Made by a program: the position numbers and the translations under genes
Notes under the pieces: model-generated
Told to the model about the DNA's origin: nothing
Database searches by the model: none
The model's input: the letters and a program-made list of their open reading frames with translations, nothing else
Part shown: piece by piece, positions 41,095 to 50,738 of the stretch
How positions within the stretch are numbered: position 1 is the stretch's first letter
Layout: every line of letters begins with the position of its first letter
Assembly (NCBI GenBank): GCA_963769935.1
Contig: CAVYNY010000022.1
Location: forward strand, 576,001 to 640,000
Length of the DNA stretch: 64,000 nt
Source: an uncultured delta proteobacterium
GTDB lineage: Bacteria > Desulfobacterota > Desulfobacteria > Desulfobacterales > JAFDCJ01
Direction of reading: 5' to 3'

Positions 41095-42110
41095 CCAAAC
41101 ATCCTGAACCGCGCCGCAGAGAAAGATTGGACCGCGGTATCAAAGTTCGTTCCGACGGGCTTTATGCGCTGATGTCCTGGCGTGAATTGAGCTACCTGGC
41201 TTTGCCCAGGCTTGTGTTGATTGTCGGGATACTGATTCTGCCCCTGGTTATGCCGACCATGTACTGGCAGCGGGTGATATCAATTGTCTGTATCTACGCC
41301 CTGCTGGCCCTGAGCTTTGATTTTCTGGCGCATTTTGTCGGGTTGGTTTCTTTGGGAGGCGCTTTTTTTATCGGAACCGGCGGCTATATTGCTGCGATCC
41401 TGAACACCTCATTCGGGCTGCCGCCGCTATTGACAATTCCCCTTGCCACCATCATCGGTGCATTTTTTTGCACACTGCTTCTGCTGCCCTGTCTGCCACT
41501 GAGGGGCGTCTATTTTGCGATTGTTACCCTGATGTATCCGCTGCTGCTCGCCCGGGTCATCGAGGCCCTGGATATACTGGGTGGAACCGACGGAATTTTA
41601 GGGGTCGAAAGCTTCGTCAACCGCTGGATGGAGCAGTATTTCATCATTGGAATGGTGCTTCTATTTCTTTTCGGTACACGACGTCTGGTTATCCAGGATA
41701 TCGGCCTGGTATTCCGGGCGGTTAAAGACAATGATCAGGCCGTAAAGGCTTCGGGGATAAGCATTACCTACTACAAAACCATCGCCGTGTTCATTGCCTC
41801 GGCCATGGGCTGCTTGAGCGGCGCCTATCTGGTACATTTGTACATGTGGGCCGGTCTGTCCATGCTGGCGCTGGATTTTTCTATTCTTCCCATCGCCGCA
41901 ACGGTCATCGGCGGCAGCGGCACGCTGGTCGGGCCGGTGCTGGGCGCCTTTATTCTGGTGCCGATATCAGAGTTGCTGCGTGCTTTCGGAACGCTGCGCA
42001 TTGTTTTTTATGCCCTGATTCTGCTGGCCTTTATCATCTTCCGCAGCGAGGGAATTATGGTTTATGGCCAAAGAAAATATCTTCAAATTGAAAAATGGGT
42101 TAAGGTATGA
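41091..42110 (+). CDS. livM: ABC permease, LivM-type
   Basis: LRGVYFAIVT, GGTDG and IGGSGTLVGPVLGA; ATGA overlap with livH. Confidence 0.9.
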   Translation: MTKHPEPRRRERLDRGIKVRSDGLYALMSWRELSYLALPRLVLIVGILILPLVMPTMYWQRVISIVCIYALLALSFDFLAHFVGLVSLGGAFFIGTGGYIAAILNTSFGLPPLLTIPLATIIGAFFCTLLLLPCLPLRGVYFAIVTLMYPLLLARVIEALDILGGTDGILGVESFVNRWMEQYFIIGMVLLFLFGTRRLVIQDIGLVFRAVKDNDQAVKASGISITYYKTIAVFIASAMGCLSGAYLVHLYMWAGLSMLALDFSILPIAATVIGGSGTLVGPVLGAFILVPISELLRAFGTLRIVFYALILLAFIIFRSEGIMVYGQRKYLQIEKWVKV

Positions 42111-42895
42111 GCGCACCGCCGATTCTGCAAGTGGATCATGTGACCAAAACGTTTGGGGGCATCTTTGCCTTAGATGAGGTGAGCTTCGATTTAAACGAAG
42201 GTGATATCCTGGGCGTCATCGGACCTAACGGTTCCGGTAAAACGACTCTGGTGAACTGCATCACCGGATTTATTGGAATGACTTCCGGTGAGGTCTTATT
42301 TCGGGGCAAAATCATCAGCGGTAAACCGCCGCATAAGATCGCCGACATGGGCATCACGCGCACCTTCCAGATCATGCGTCCGTATTACAGTCTGGCTGCC
42401 TATAAAAACCTCGTGATACCTCTGTTTTCGCCGCGGGCCAAACGCACCGGAGGTTGGCGGGGCGGCGGCAAGCTTGGCGACCGCAATACCGTCAGCATCG
42501 ACATTCTGGAAGAACTGGGTTTCGAGAGGGAATCCTTTGTTCCTTACAAGATGGCCTCCAGCCTTCCCACAGGATATCTGAAACGCCTGGAGCTTGCCCG
42601 GTGTCTGGCTTTGCAGCCTGAAATTATCATCTGTGACGAGGTTTTTTCCGGACTGAGCGCGAGTGAAATCGCCAGCATGGTTCCGCTGATAGAGCGGCTG
42701 CAGATGGAGGGCATCACGCTGATTATGATCGAACATCGTCTGCGGGAGCTTTTCAGGGTAGCCAATCGGGTCCTCGTATTAAACTTCGGGGAAAAGCTTA
42801 AAGAGGGTTCGCCGGATGAGGTCATGGCGGATGAGAGGGTCAGAGAAGCCTATTTCGGATCGGAGGAGGTCGAGGAGGCGCTGGACTATGATTGA
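42107..42895 (+). CDS. livG: ABC ATPase, LivG-type
   Basis: GPNGSGKTT, RTFQ and IEH. Confidence 0.9.
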   Translation: MSAPPILQVDHVTKTFGGIFALDEVSFDLNEGDILGVIGPNGSGKTTLVNCITGFIGMTSGEVLFRGKIISGKPPHKIADMGITRTFQIMRPYYSLAAYKNLVIPLFSPRAKRTGGWRGGGKLGDRNTVSIDILEELGFERESFVPYKMASSLPTGYLKRLELARCLALQPEIIICDEVFSGLSASEIASMVPLIERLQMEGITLIMIEHRLRELFRVANRVLVLNFGEKLKEGSPDEVMADERVREAYFGSEEVEEALDYD

Positions 42896-43634
42896 GGCTA
42901 CCGGTCTGATGGTCTTTTACGAAAACATGCTGGCATTGAATAATGTCGCCATCAAATGTGATGAGAACCAAATTGTGGGAGTATTTGGGGCCAACAGCGC
43001 CGGAAAATCGACGCTGATGTATATGCTATCCGGCATCATCGAGGATATTAGAAAAAAAGAAGAAATGGCCGGCGGCGAGCGGATCAGCGTTCTCGGAAAT
43101 ATAAAATATTTAGGCGAAGAGATCATGGGGCTTAAACCCAGCCGGCGGGCTAAAAAAGGGCTGGTACTCTGCCCGGAAAGACGCCGGATTTTCAAGGAAT
43201 GCACGGTGCTGGAAAATTTGCGGATCGGCGGCTATCTGGCTTCCGCCTCCCAGGCGAAAGCGACGCTGGAATATGTATTCAAGGTTTTCCCGGCTTTGGA
43301 AAAACTTCAAAAAAGGATCGGCGGATTCTTAAGCGGCGGCGAGCAGCAAATGCTGGCCATCGGACGGGCCCTGATGGCTCAGCCCAAATTGCTGCTGCTG
43401 GACGAACCCTTACTGGGTCTAAGCCCCTTGATGCAGGCCATCCTGGTGCGGGCAACCCGGGAGATCCGCGATGAACAGGGAATCTCCATCATCGTCACCG
43501 AACAGTATGCAAGGCCGGTCCTGCCGATAGTGGATTATGCGTTTATTCTCGAAAATGGGGCCGCGGTTCTGGAGGGTACCCGCGATGATCTGATGAATAA
43601 TCCGGATATTCGGTCTGCGTATTTCGGAGTGTAG
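42888..43634 (+). CDS. livF: ABC ATPase, LivF-type
   Basis: GANSAGKST, LSGGEQQM and LLLDEP. Confidence 0.9.
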   Translation: MIEATGLMVFYENMLALNNVAIKCDENQIVGVFGANSAGKSTLMYMLSGIIEDIRKKEEMAGGERISVLGNIKYLGEEIMGLKPSRRAKKGLVLCPERRRIFKECTVLENLRIGGYLASASQAKATLEYVFKVFPALEKLQKRIGGFLSGGEQQMLAIGRALMAQPKLLLLDEPLLGLSPLMQAILVRATREIRDEQGISIIVTEQYARPVLPIVDYAFILENGAAVLEGTRDDLMNNPDIRSAYFGV

Positions 43635-43639
43635 GTCGG

Positions 43640-43787
43640 TTGGCCGGTTAAGCCCGTTTGCCGGTTAGCCGGTCAAAAAACAAATCCCACTTAAACGGGC
43701 TAACGGGCCAACGGGCCAACGGGCCAACGGGCCAACGGGCACACGGGCATACGGGCAAACGGGCACACGGGCAAACGGGCCAACCGG
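43640..43787. repeat. Octamer array with inverted leading copies
   Basis: 11 contiguous NNACGGGC units at 43693-43780, preceded by GCCCGTTT/GCCGGTTA. Confidence 0.92.
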
Positions 43788-43806
43788 ATCAGGGAGTAAT
43801 CGGAGC

Positions 43807-45459
43807 ATGAACCAAAAGGCAGAGACACTGGAGCGGGAATTAACCTTTACGCGATTCGAGCAGATGAGTGCCCGTTATCCGGAAAAAACCGCCGTGATAT
43901 ACCTGGGAGAACAGTTTTCTTTTTTACAATTGCATGACTTGAGTGAACGGTTTGCCGGTGCTCTGGTCGATCTCGGGGTTAAAAAGGGCGATAAGGTCAT
44001 GATCTATATCTCCAACTGCATCCAGTGGGTCATCGCCTTTCTGGGTATCCAGAAAATAGGTGCCGTGCTGGTGCCGGTCTCACCCATCTATACATCCCAC
44101 GAACTTGATTACATGCTCAAGGACTCGGGGGCCGAAACGATTATCTGCCTGGATACAAATTTTTGCTATGCCAGCGAAGTTTTTTCCGGAACCGGGCTTA
44201 AAAGAATCATTGTCACCAACCTGGCGGACCTGCTGCCGTTCTGGAAGCGGTATCTGGGTGTTCTGTTCGATAAAATTCCCCATGGCACCGTGGAAAAGGG
44301 CCAGGGAATATATGCGTTCAGATCGCTTTTAAAACACCCGCCTCTAAAGACCCGGGCCGATCTGGATCCCAGGCAAGACCTTGCATATATACTCTACACC
44401 GGAGGAACAACGGGATTTCCTAAAGGTGTTCCGGGCAATCACATCGGGATGGTCTCATATGTGAACGACGTAACGGATGACGTGGCCGGCGACCATCTCA
44501 AGGAAGGCGGCGATGTTTATATCGCCGTCAATCCCCTTTTTCACATAATGGCGTTAGGACTGTTCATGGCTCTGGGATTGAACAAGGGTAATGCCACGGC
44601 CCTGATGCCGGTGCCCCAGGTGGATGCGATTCTTGAGACGGTCCGGCGCCATCAAGTCCGCTGGTTTCTCGGGGTGCCCGCCTTATACCGTATGATTTTG
44701 GAAAACGACCGCCTCGAACAATACGATCTGAGTTCTCTGCGCTATTGCTACTGCGGTGGAGACGTACTGCCGCTGGAGGTGTTCAACCGCTGGAAAGAGC
44801 GATTCGGGATTCCCATCTACCAGGTTTACGGTTCCACTGAAGCCGGCCATGTTACTTACAGCCGCATCGAAGAAAACCCCAAGCCGAACACCCTTGGCCT
44901 TCCGCTGAAAAGCAGAGAATGTATTGTCGTGGATCCGGAAACCCTCAAGCCTGTTCCTCCCGGTGAAATCGGAGAACTGCTGGTCACATCGCCCTATACC
45001 GTAAAAGAATATTGGAATAAGGTCGAGGAAACCCGGCGCTCCTACGTGGATATCAATGGAAAGACCTACTATCGCATGAGTGACTTTGTCAGGCAGGATC
45101 CGGACGGAGAACTTGTCTATATTGAGCGTTCGGCCGATATTATCAAACATAAAGCTTACCGAATCTCCGCTTCGGAGGTAGAGGCCGTGCTGCAGGACCA
45201 TCCCACGGTGATCGGAGCCTGCGTGGTGGGAGTTCCCGACCCCAAAGTCGGGGAGCGGGTTAAGGCCATTGTGGTTTTGAAGTCCGATGCCAGAGGGGTG
45301 GGCGGGGCCGAGCTCCTCCAGTGGTGTCGCGAGAAACTGGCACCCTATAAGGTCCCGGGCTACATCGAGTTCCGGGACATGCTGCCTAAATCCAAAGTCG
45401 GTAAATTGCTGCGCAGAGAAATCCGCGACGAGGAGCGCCGGCGGATTGCTAAAGAATAA
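43807..45459 (+). CDS. Acyl-CoA ligase (ANL superfamily)
   Basis: YTGGTTGFPKG, YGSTE and PKSKVGK. Confidence 0.92.
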   Translation: MNQKAETLERELTFTRFEQMSARYPEKTAVIYLGEQFSFLQLHDLSERFAGALVDLGVKKGDKVMIYISNCIQWVIAFLGIQKIGAVLVPVSPIYTSHELDYMLKDSGAETIICLDTNFCYASEVFSGTGLKRIIVTNLADLLPFWKRYLGVLFDKIPHGTVEKGQGIYAFRSLLKHPPLKTRADLDPRQDLAYILYTGGTTGFPKGVPGNHIGMVSYVNDVTDDVAGDHLKEGGDVYIAVNPLFHIMALGLFMALGLNKGNATALMPVPQVDAILETVRRHQVRWFLGVPALYRMILENDRLEQYDLSSLRYCYCGGDVLPLEVFNRWKERFGIPIYQVYGSTEAGHVTYSRIEENPKPNTLGLPLKSRECIVVDPETLKPVPPGEIGELLVTSPYTVKEYWNKVEETRRSYVDINGKTYYRMSDFVRQDPDGELVYIERSADIIKHKAYRISASEVEAVLQDHPTVIGACVVGVPDPKVGERVKAIVVLKSDARGVGGAELLQWCREKLAPYKVPGYIEFRDMLPKSKVGKLLRREIRDEERRRIAKE

Positions 45460-45515
45460 GCATACGACGGGTTCCCCTGCCTTTGCAGCCGTCGGGCCCT
45501 TCAGTAAATTCCCGT

Positions 45516-46097
45516 CTAGTCATCCACTTTCCGGTAGCGCTGGTAGTGAACCTTGGATGCCTTGCGAAGGGGCGCTTTAATCGATTCCCTGGCCTGGCCG
45601 ATGGGCAATATTCCGGCGATTTCAAGATGCTGCGGTATGTCCAGGGCCTCGCGAAGTTTTTCCGGCGCAAAGAAGGTAAACCAAAGCGTCTCCAGCCCCA
45701 TGTCCGATGCCGCCAGCATCATGTTTTGAATACAGGCGGAAGCCGCCTGCAGCGCACCGTGTTTCTGACCGAAGAAGCCGCCCAAGCCGCCTTTGCCCGG
45801 ATCAACCGTGACGACTATCAGGACGGGCGCCTCCTGCAAAAAGTCCATGCCATACTTGGCCGCCCAGGCGGGACCGCCGTTGTCAAGCACAGCCTGCCTG
45901 GCTGCTTCGCCGATTTTGCGGACTTGAGCCTTAACGGTTTCATCCGAGATGACGATAAATTCCCAGGGCTGGGCATTCAAGGGGCTGGGTGCCCATTGGC
46001 CGGCCTCCAGGATGACCGCCAGCTGTTTATCTGTGACCGCCGAACTTTCAAACGCCCGGCAGCTGCGCCTTGCCTTAACCAGTGTCCTGAACTCCAT
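45516..46097 (-). CDS. Nitroreductase family flavoprotein
   Basis: RRSCR, APSPLNAQPW and QNMMLAA. Confidence 0.92.
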   Translation of the reverse strand: MEFRTLVKARRSCRAFESSAVTDKQLAVILEAGQWAPSPLNAQPWEFIVISDETVKAQVRKIGEAARQAVLDNGGPAWAAKYGMDFLQEAPVLIVVTVDPGKGGLGGFFGQKHGALQAASACIQNMMLAASDMGLETLWFTFFAPEKLREALDIPQHLEIAGILPIGQARESIKAPLRKASKVHYQRYRKVDD

Positions 46098-46140
46098 GAT
46101 CGACCTCCTCCTCCGTTATTGTCATTTACCCACATTGAAA

Positions 46141-46403
46141 AACCGGTTCTCTGGGCCAAGTCAGGGGAAATTGGTTGTGCCGTAAATGAATGACTTGGGG
46201 TAGTGGAATAATGGAGTGTTGGAGTATTGGGTTAGGTGGAATTAGATCGGTTTTTATATGAAGGGTGCAAGACGGAAAATAAAAATAAACCATCATCCGC
46301 TTTTGATCGGCTGTATTCAATATTCCATTACTCCACCACTCCATCACTCCATGGGTTTTCAGACAGCCCAGACCACCTCTGTGAGGTGAATTCAAACCTG
46401 GCC
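46141..46403. repeat. Dispersed composite repeat, copy 2
   Basis: Shares ordered blocks with 24851-25235; GGAGTATT-type octamers face TACTCCAC-type inverses. Confidence 0.75.
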
Positions 46404-46437
46404 GTCGGCGAGAGGCATCCGGGTCATCATCCTTTAT

Positions 46438-47470
46438 TCATTGCCGCTGAAATTCCGGCTTAAGGGTTCGGTTGATTTCCTCCGGCAAGTGCCATACAAA
46501 GGGTCTCGTTGTAGAGGTTGCGAAGCGCACCGATGTCCGGCGTACCCAAGGCCTGGTTAAAAAAAGTACGCGGCGAGAAGACCAGATGCACGCGCGCAAA
46601 TCCGTCGCCCGGGGCTCCGGTGAAAAAATTCATATTAAAATTGTAGATGCCCATTTTATCATAAGCCGCCATGGCGCGGGTCAGTCCGGCGGCGATGTCA
46701 AGCAGGTCTTCATCCGTCAGCTCGATCGTGCAGTCCACGCCCTCAACCACCGCCAGGACGTCTCCGGCCACTCCCATCGGCGCATAGGCACTGAACCAAT
46801 GGGTTCGGCCGATTTCAGCTAAAAACCGTTCGCCGCTTTTGGTTTCGGCTGCAACCAGATCATCCCAGTAGTTTGTGCCGTTGATTTCCATGTAGCATTT
46901 CGCGGCCTCAAGTTCCTCACGCATCAGGTTGGGAGCGAATGCGGTGGCGAATACCTGCAGATGAGGATGGATCAATGAGCTGCCTGAGGCCGGCATGTAA
47001 TTCCAGTTTATCAGATGGTAGACCGACTCCGGGTGTTTCAGCTCGTGAATCCGCCGGAAAAAACGCATCGCCAGTCGTAAGGCACCTGCAATGCGCTGCG
47101 GTTCGATTTGAGTCATGGGAATATAGTGCTGCGCTCCCAGAGTGGCCACCGCCCCGAGGCTGTCATAGGGTGCGATGTTTGGGAAAAGCACTTTGTCATC
47201 CAGTACCATACGGCCTTCAGCAACAATTTCTTCCGGGAAACAGGGGGTAACCTTCATCACCTTATCCGGGCAGAAAGGGCACCATTGTTCGGTCCCGGCC
47301 ACGAGTTTGTCAAAATCGGGTTTTTCCCATTTAAGTGCCATGAAATGGCAGATGCGGGCGGTGCGCCCGGTCAGCGGATCGCGGCGAATTTCACTCGCAA
47401 TGGCCTTGCGGGTCATCTTATTGCCCGGATCAAGAATAACGGTCTCCCGGGAGACGGTCTCAAAATTCAT
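46438..47470 (-). CDS. GalT-like HIT-superfamily nucleotidyltransferase, paralog 2 (one extra base near the 3' end)
   Basis: EIRRDPLTG, CPFCP and NYMPASGSSLIHPHLQ; the shifted frame gives LPEEINRTLKPEFQRQ*, matching paralog 1. Confidence 0.85.
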
Positions 47471-47557
47471 ATACCCTCCTCTAATTTGGTTGATACTGAC
47501 TTCAATATTTAAACAAAAATGTTAAACCCGTAATATGCCGTATTCAAGGCGGATTCA

Positions 47558-48580
47558 TTAAAATTCGGGCTTCAACAACGCATTAATTTCCTCCGGAAAC
47601 CCCATACAAACGCTTTCGCCAAAAAGGCGGCCCAGGGAGGCGACGTCCGGCGTGCCGATGGACGGGTTAAAATAGATGCGCGGCGAGAAAATAAGGTGAA
47701 AGCGCGCATGATCATCATTTTGTGATCCGGCGAAAAAGCTCATATTAAAATTGTAGATACCGATGCGATCGTAGGCCGCCATCAACTTTGTCATACCTGT
47801 GGCCAGATCCAGCAGATCATCATCGGTAAGCTCGAGCGTTGATCTTACACCATCAGCGACGGCGATGACATCCCCGACGGTACCCAGGGGCGCAAATACC
47901 GTGAGCCACGTCGTGCGGCCGATCTCTCCTAAAAACCGAGTGCGGTTTTCCTTTTCCGCAGCAATCAGATCATCCCAATAATTTGTTTTATTGGCCTCCA
48001 GGTAAGTTTTGGCGGCTGCCAGCTTTTCGCGCAGCAAATTGGGAGCAAAGCAGGATGCAAATACCTGCAGGTGCGGATGGATGATGGAACTGCCCGAGGC
48101 CGGCATGTAGTTCCAGCTGATCAGGTGGTATACCGATTCCGGGTGGTTCATGGCGTGCAGATGCCGGAAGTACTTCAACGCCAGACGGAAGCCGTCGGCA
48201 ACGGTCTGCGGCTCGATTTCCGTCATCGGAATATAGTGCCGGGGACCCAAAGTGGCCACCGCTCCCATGCGGTCATAGGGTGCGATATTGGGAAATAAAA
48301 CCTTATCACCCAGGGTCATGCGGCCTTCAGGAACGATTTCCGGGGGGAAACACGGCGTGACCACCAGCACTTTTTCCGGGCAAAAGGGGCACCAGGTCTC
48401 GGTTCCGGCAACCAGTTTTTCTAAATCGGGTTTTTTCCAATTAAGTTCTCTGAAATGGCAGATGCGGGAGGTTCTGCCGGTGAGCGGGTCTTTGCGGATT
48501 TCATTCGGGATATGCTTAGGGGCCAGATTGTTGCTGGGATCCAATAAGACTGTCTCGCGTGGTATTGCCTCAAAATTCAT
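47558..48580 (-). CDS. GalT-like HIT-superfamily nucleotidyltransferase, paralog 1
   Basis: EIRKDPLTG, CPFCP and NYMPASGSSIIHPHLQ. Confidence 0.88.
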   Translation of the reverse strand: MNFEAIPRETVLLDPSNNLAPKHIPNEIRKDPLTGRTSRICHFRELNWKKPDLEKLVAGTETWCPFCPEKVLVVTPCFPPEIVPEGRMTLGDKVLFPNIAPYDRMGAVATLGPRHYIPMTEIEPQTVADGFRLALKYFRHLHAMNHPESVYHLISWNYMPASGSSIIHPHLQVFASCFAPNLLREKLAAAKTYLEANKTNYWDDLIAAEKENRTRFLGEIGRTTWLTVFAPLGTVGDVIAVADGVRSTLELTDDDLLDLATGMTKLMAAYDRIGIYNFNMSFFAGSQNDDHARFHLIFSPRIYFNPSIGTPDVASLGRLFGESVCMGFPEEINALLKPEF

Positions 48581-48591
48581 TTTGCCTCCCC

Positions 48592-49251
48592 CTAATAGAA
48601 TGTTTCCGTGTAGATATTCGAATTCTCAAATTTTTCGTCCACCAGCCAGGTGACATCCCGGATCATCTCCCGGCGGCCGCATAGATAAAAATCATAAGCA
48701 GCCGGAGGCAGATGCCGCTGCAGATAGTCCGTCACCCGGCCGCTGAAATGTTTTCCGGATGATGGATATTCATTTGAAATGCAGGGAACGTATAGTTCGG
48801 CGGCGCTTGCAAACTCAGCCGCATAATAAAGATCGTCAGGGTTATTCACGCCGTGAAGCAACGTGAAGCCGCTTATGCCGGAGCGGACCATTGAACAAAA
48901 AGGTGCGATGCCGGCACCGGTGGCAACAAAAACGGGTGCGCGTCCAGATGGCTTGAAGGTGAAATACCCGTCCGGGCCTGAGATTTCAAAGCGGGTCCCG
49001 ATTTCAGCCTGACTCAGCACAGGGGTGAGCAGACCCGAATCAACTATGCGAATGCAAAAGACAATTTCAGGCTCCTGCGGTGTGGAAACCGGTGTGTAGT
49101 CCCTTTCTGCTATTTGATGGTGGAATCGCAGCCGCTGGCCGGGCCTGAATACGAGGTTTGAGGGCCGGCTGAACTTAATTTCAAAAGCTCGCTGGGAAAG
49201 CCATCGGCGCTCAATCAAGGTTAGTGAAATAGTTTTTATTTTTGCTTCCAA
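48592..49251 (-). CDS. FNR-like FAD/NAD(P)-binding oxidoreductase
   Basis: RDYT, GPDG, ATGAGIAP, GRVT and YLCG. Confidence 0.88.
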   Translation of the reverse strand: MEAKIKTISLTLIERRWLSQRAFEIKFSRPSNLVFRPGQRLRFHHQIAERDYTPVSTPQEPEIVFCIRIVDSGLLTPVLSQAEIGTRFEISGPDGYFTFKPSGRAPVFVATGAGIAPFCSMVRSGISGFTLLHGVNNPDDLYYAAEFASAAELYVPCISNEYPSSGKHFSGRVTDYLQRHLPPAAYDFYLCGRREMIRDVTWLVDEKFENSNIYTETFY

Positions 49252-49808
49252 AGCGTATCCGGAACTCCCCGAAGCCGGTTGATGTACCTGGCCAGCACAA
49301 ACAGATAATCCGATAAACGATTCAGGTAAACGACGGCCAGCTGGAACTGTTCGGCCGCCGCCCCCCGGGAATATTCATCGGAAATACGAATGACATGCCG
49401 CTCCGCCCGGCGGCAGACGGATCGGCAGACATGGGCCCAGGCGGCCGCAGCATGGCCGCCAGGCAGGATAAAGCCGCTCAGTGCCGGCAATTTTGCATCC
49501 AAATCATCGATAGCCTGCTCGAACTCCCTGATCCGGTTGTCGGTGATTTTTTCAAGCGAATCCAGGGCCGGGGAATCCGGCGTTATGGCCAGTATCGCGC
49601 CGAGCTGAAACAGGTCTGACTGAATTCGCTGCAGGTCATCGGCAATATCCGGGTTTTTTTCCTTCAGTTCGGCAGTCAAGGCACCTAAGAGCGAATTTAA
49701 TTCATCGACATCGCCGTAGGCTTCGATCCGCCGATCGCTTTTTAGAACCCGTTCACCGCTGAAAAGGCTGGTTTTGCCGCGGTCGCCGGTGCCGGTGTAT
49801 ATCTTCAT
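49236..49808 (-). CDS. pduO: PduO-type ATP:cob(I)alamin adenosyltransferase
   Basis: KIYTGTGDRG, YGDVDELNS, FILPGG, RRAER and YLNRLSDYLF. Confidence 0.95.
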   Translation of the reverse strand: MKIYTGTGDRGKTSLFSGERVLKSDRRIEAYGDVDELNSLLGALTAELKEKNPDIADDLQRIQSDLFQLGAILAITPDSPALDSLEKITDNRIREFEQAIDDLDAKLPALSGFILPGGHAAAAWAHVCRSVCRRAERHVIRISDEYSRGAAAEQFQLAVVYLNRLSDYLFVLARYINRLRGVPDTLWKQK

Positions 49809-49823
49809 GGTGTCTCCCGGTAT

Positions 49824-49970
49824 TAGAAATGCTTTAAAAACCTCGTCTAAGGCCCAATGGTTGCGTTGCGAGCCTCTTCAAAATGCTCAAATACTCCTTT
49901 GTATGCTGCGCTTTTTCATCGGCTCGCGCCTTGCCCTTGAACCTGATCCGAGCTTTTGAACCCATTTCTA
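49824..49970. mobile_element. MITE/REP-like element (147 bp)
   Basis: TIRs TAGAAATGCTTTAAAA and TTTTGAACCCATTTCTA; the minus-strand core GCAAGGCGCG...GCAACGCA is shared with the 14275 element. Confidence 0.75.
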
Positions 49971-50738
49971 GAAAATTTCCTTGAAAAAGAACTGCATATA
50001 GTGCCAGGAGCGCTCGTCCGCCAGCTTGTTGTAGGCCAGTCCCTTAATACCATATTTGTCAGCAGCCGGATTGGTAAAACCGTGAACCGCGCCCCCGAAA
50101 AAGATCATTTGCCAGTCGACTCCGGATTTGCGCATGCCCTCCTGAAAAGCATTAATCGCTTCAGCCGAAATAAATCCGTCATCAGCGCCGTGGCAGATTA
50201 GAAACCTGGCCTTAATGCGGCTGAGATCCTCGGCCTTGGCTGCCGTCAGCCCGCCGTGAAAGGTTACGACACCGGCTAAATCCGCACCGCTGTATGCCAG
50301 CTCCAACACGGTGGTGCCGCCGAAACAGTAACCGATGGCGGCAATTTTTTTAGGATTTACCCGACTGTTGTTTCTTAATATGTCCAGGCCGGCTCGGGCG
50401 CGCTCACGCATCAGCGGCGTTCCCATAAGATGGCCGGAAAGGTCTTGGGCCTCTGCGGGATTTGTGGTCCAGATGCCCTTGCCGTACATGTCCAGGGCAA
50501 AGGCCACGTACCCGAGCCGGGCCAGCTTATCCACCCGCGATCGGACGTAGTCATTGAGCCCCCACCACTCGTGTACAACCAGCACGCCGGGACGCTTGCC
50601 CTGAGCGGCATCATCATAGGCCAGATAGCCTTCCAGGACCGCGCCGTTTTGGCTGTATTCAACCGGCTTCGACACAACCTTGGCGTTTGCTGAAGCCGCT
50701 AAGGCTAAAATACTGATAGCTAAAAGCATATGCTTCAT
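49968..50738 (-). CDS. Exported dienelactone hydrolase family protein
   Basis: Signal peptide, HEWWG, GYCFGG and HGFTNP. Confidence 0.92.
   Translation of the reverse strand: MKHMLLAISILALAASANAKVVSKPVEYSQNGAVLEGYLAYDDAAQGKRPGVLVVHEWWGLNDYVRSRVDKLARLGYVAFALDMYGKGIWTTNPAEAQDLSGHLMGTPLMRERARAGLDILRNNSRVNPKKIAAIGYCFGGTTVLELAYSGADLAGVVTFHGGLTAAKAEDLSRIKARFLICHGADDGFISAEAINAFQEGMRKSGVDWQMIFFGGAVHGFTNPAADKYGIKGLAYNKLADERSWHYMQFFFKEIF

Noticed and set aside
43693..43780. Possible mini-CRISPR or coding repeat
   Set aside because: Period is 8 bp with only 2 variable bases, and there is no credible ORF.
45516..46097. BluB assignment for the nitroreductase
   Set aside because: Only generic nitroreductase motifs are visible, and a repeat-filled spacer separates it from the pduO operon.
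49809..49970. Cobalamin riboswitch upstream of pduO
   Set aside because: No B12-box or GGGAA/GCCACTG motifs seen; the region is explained by the TIR-bounded repeat.
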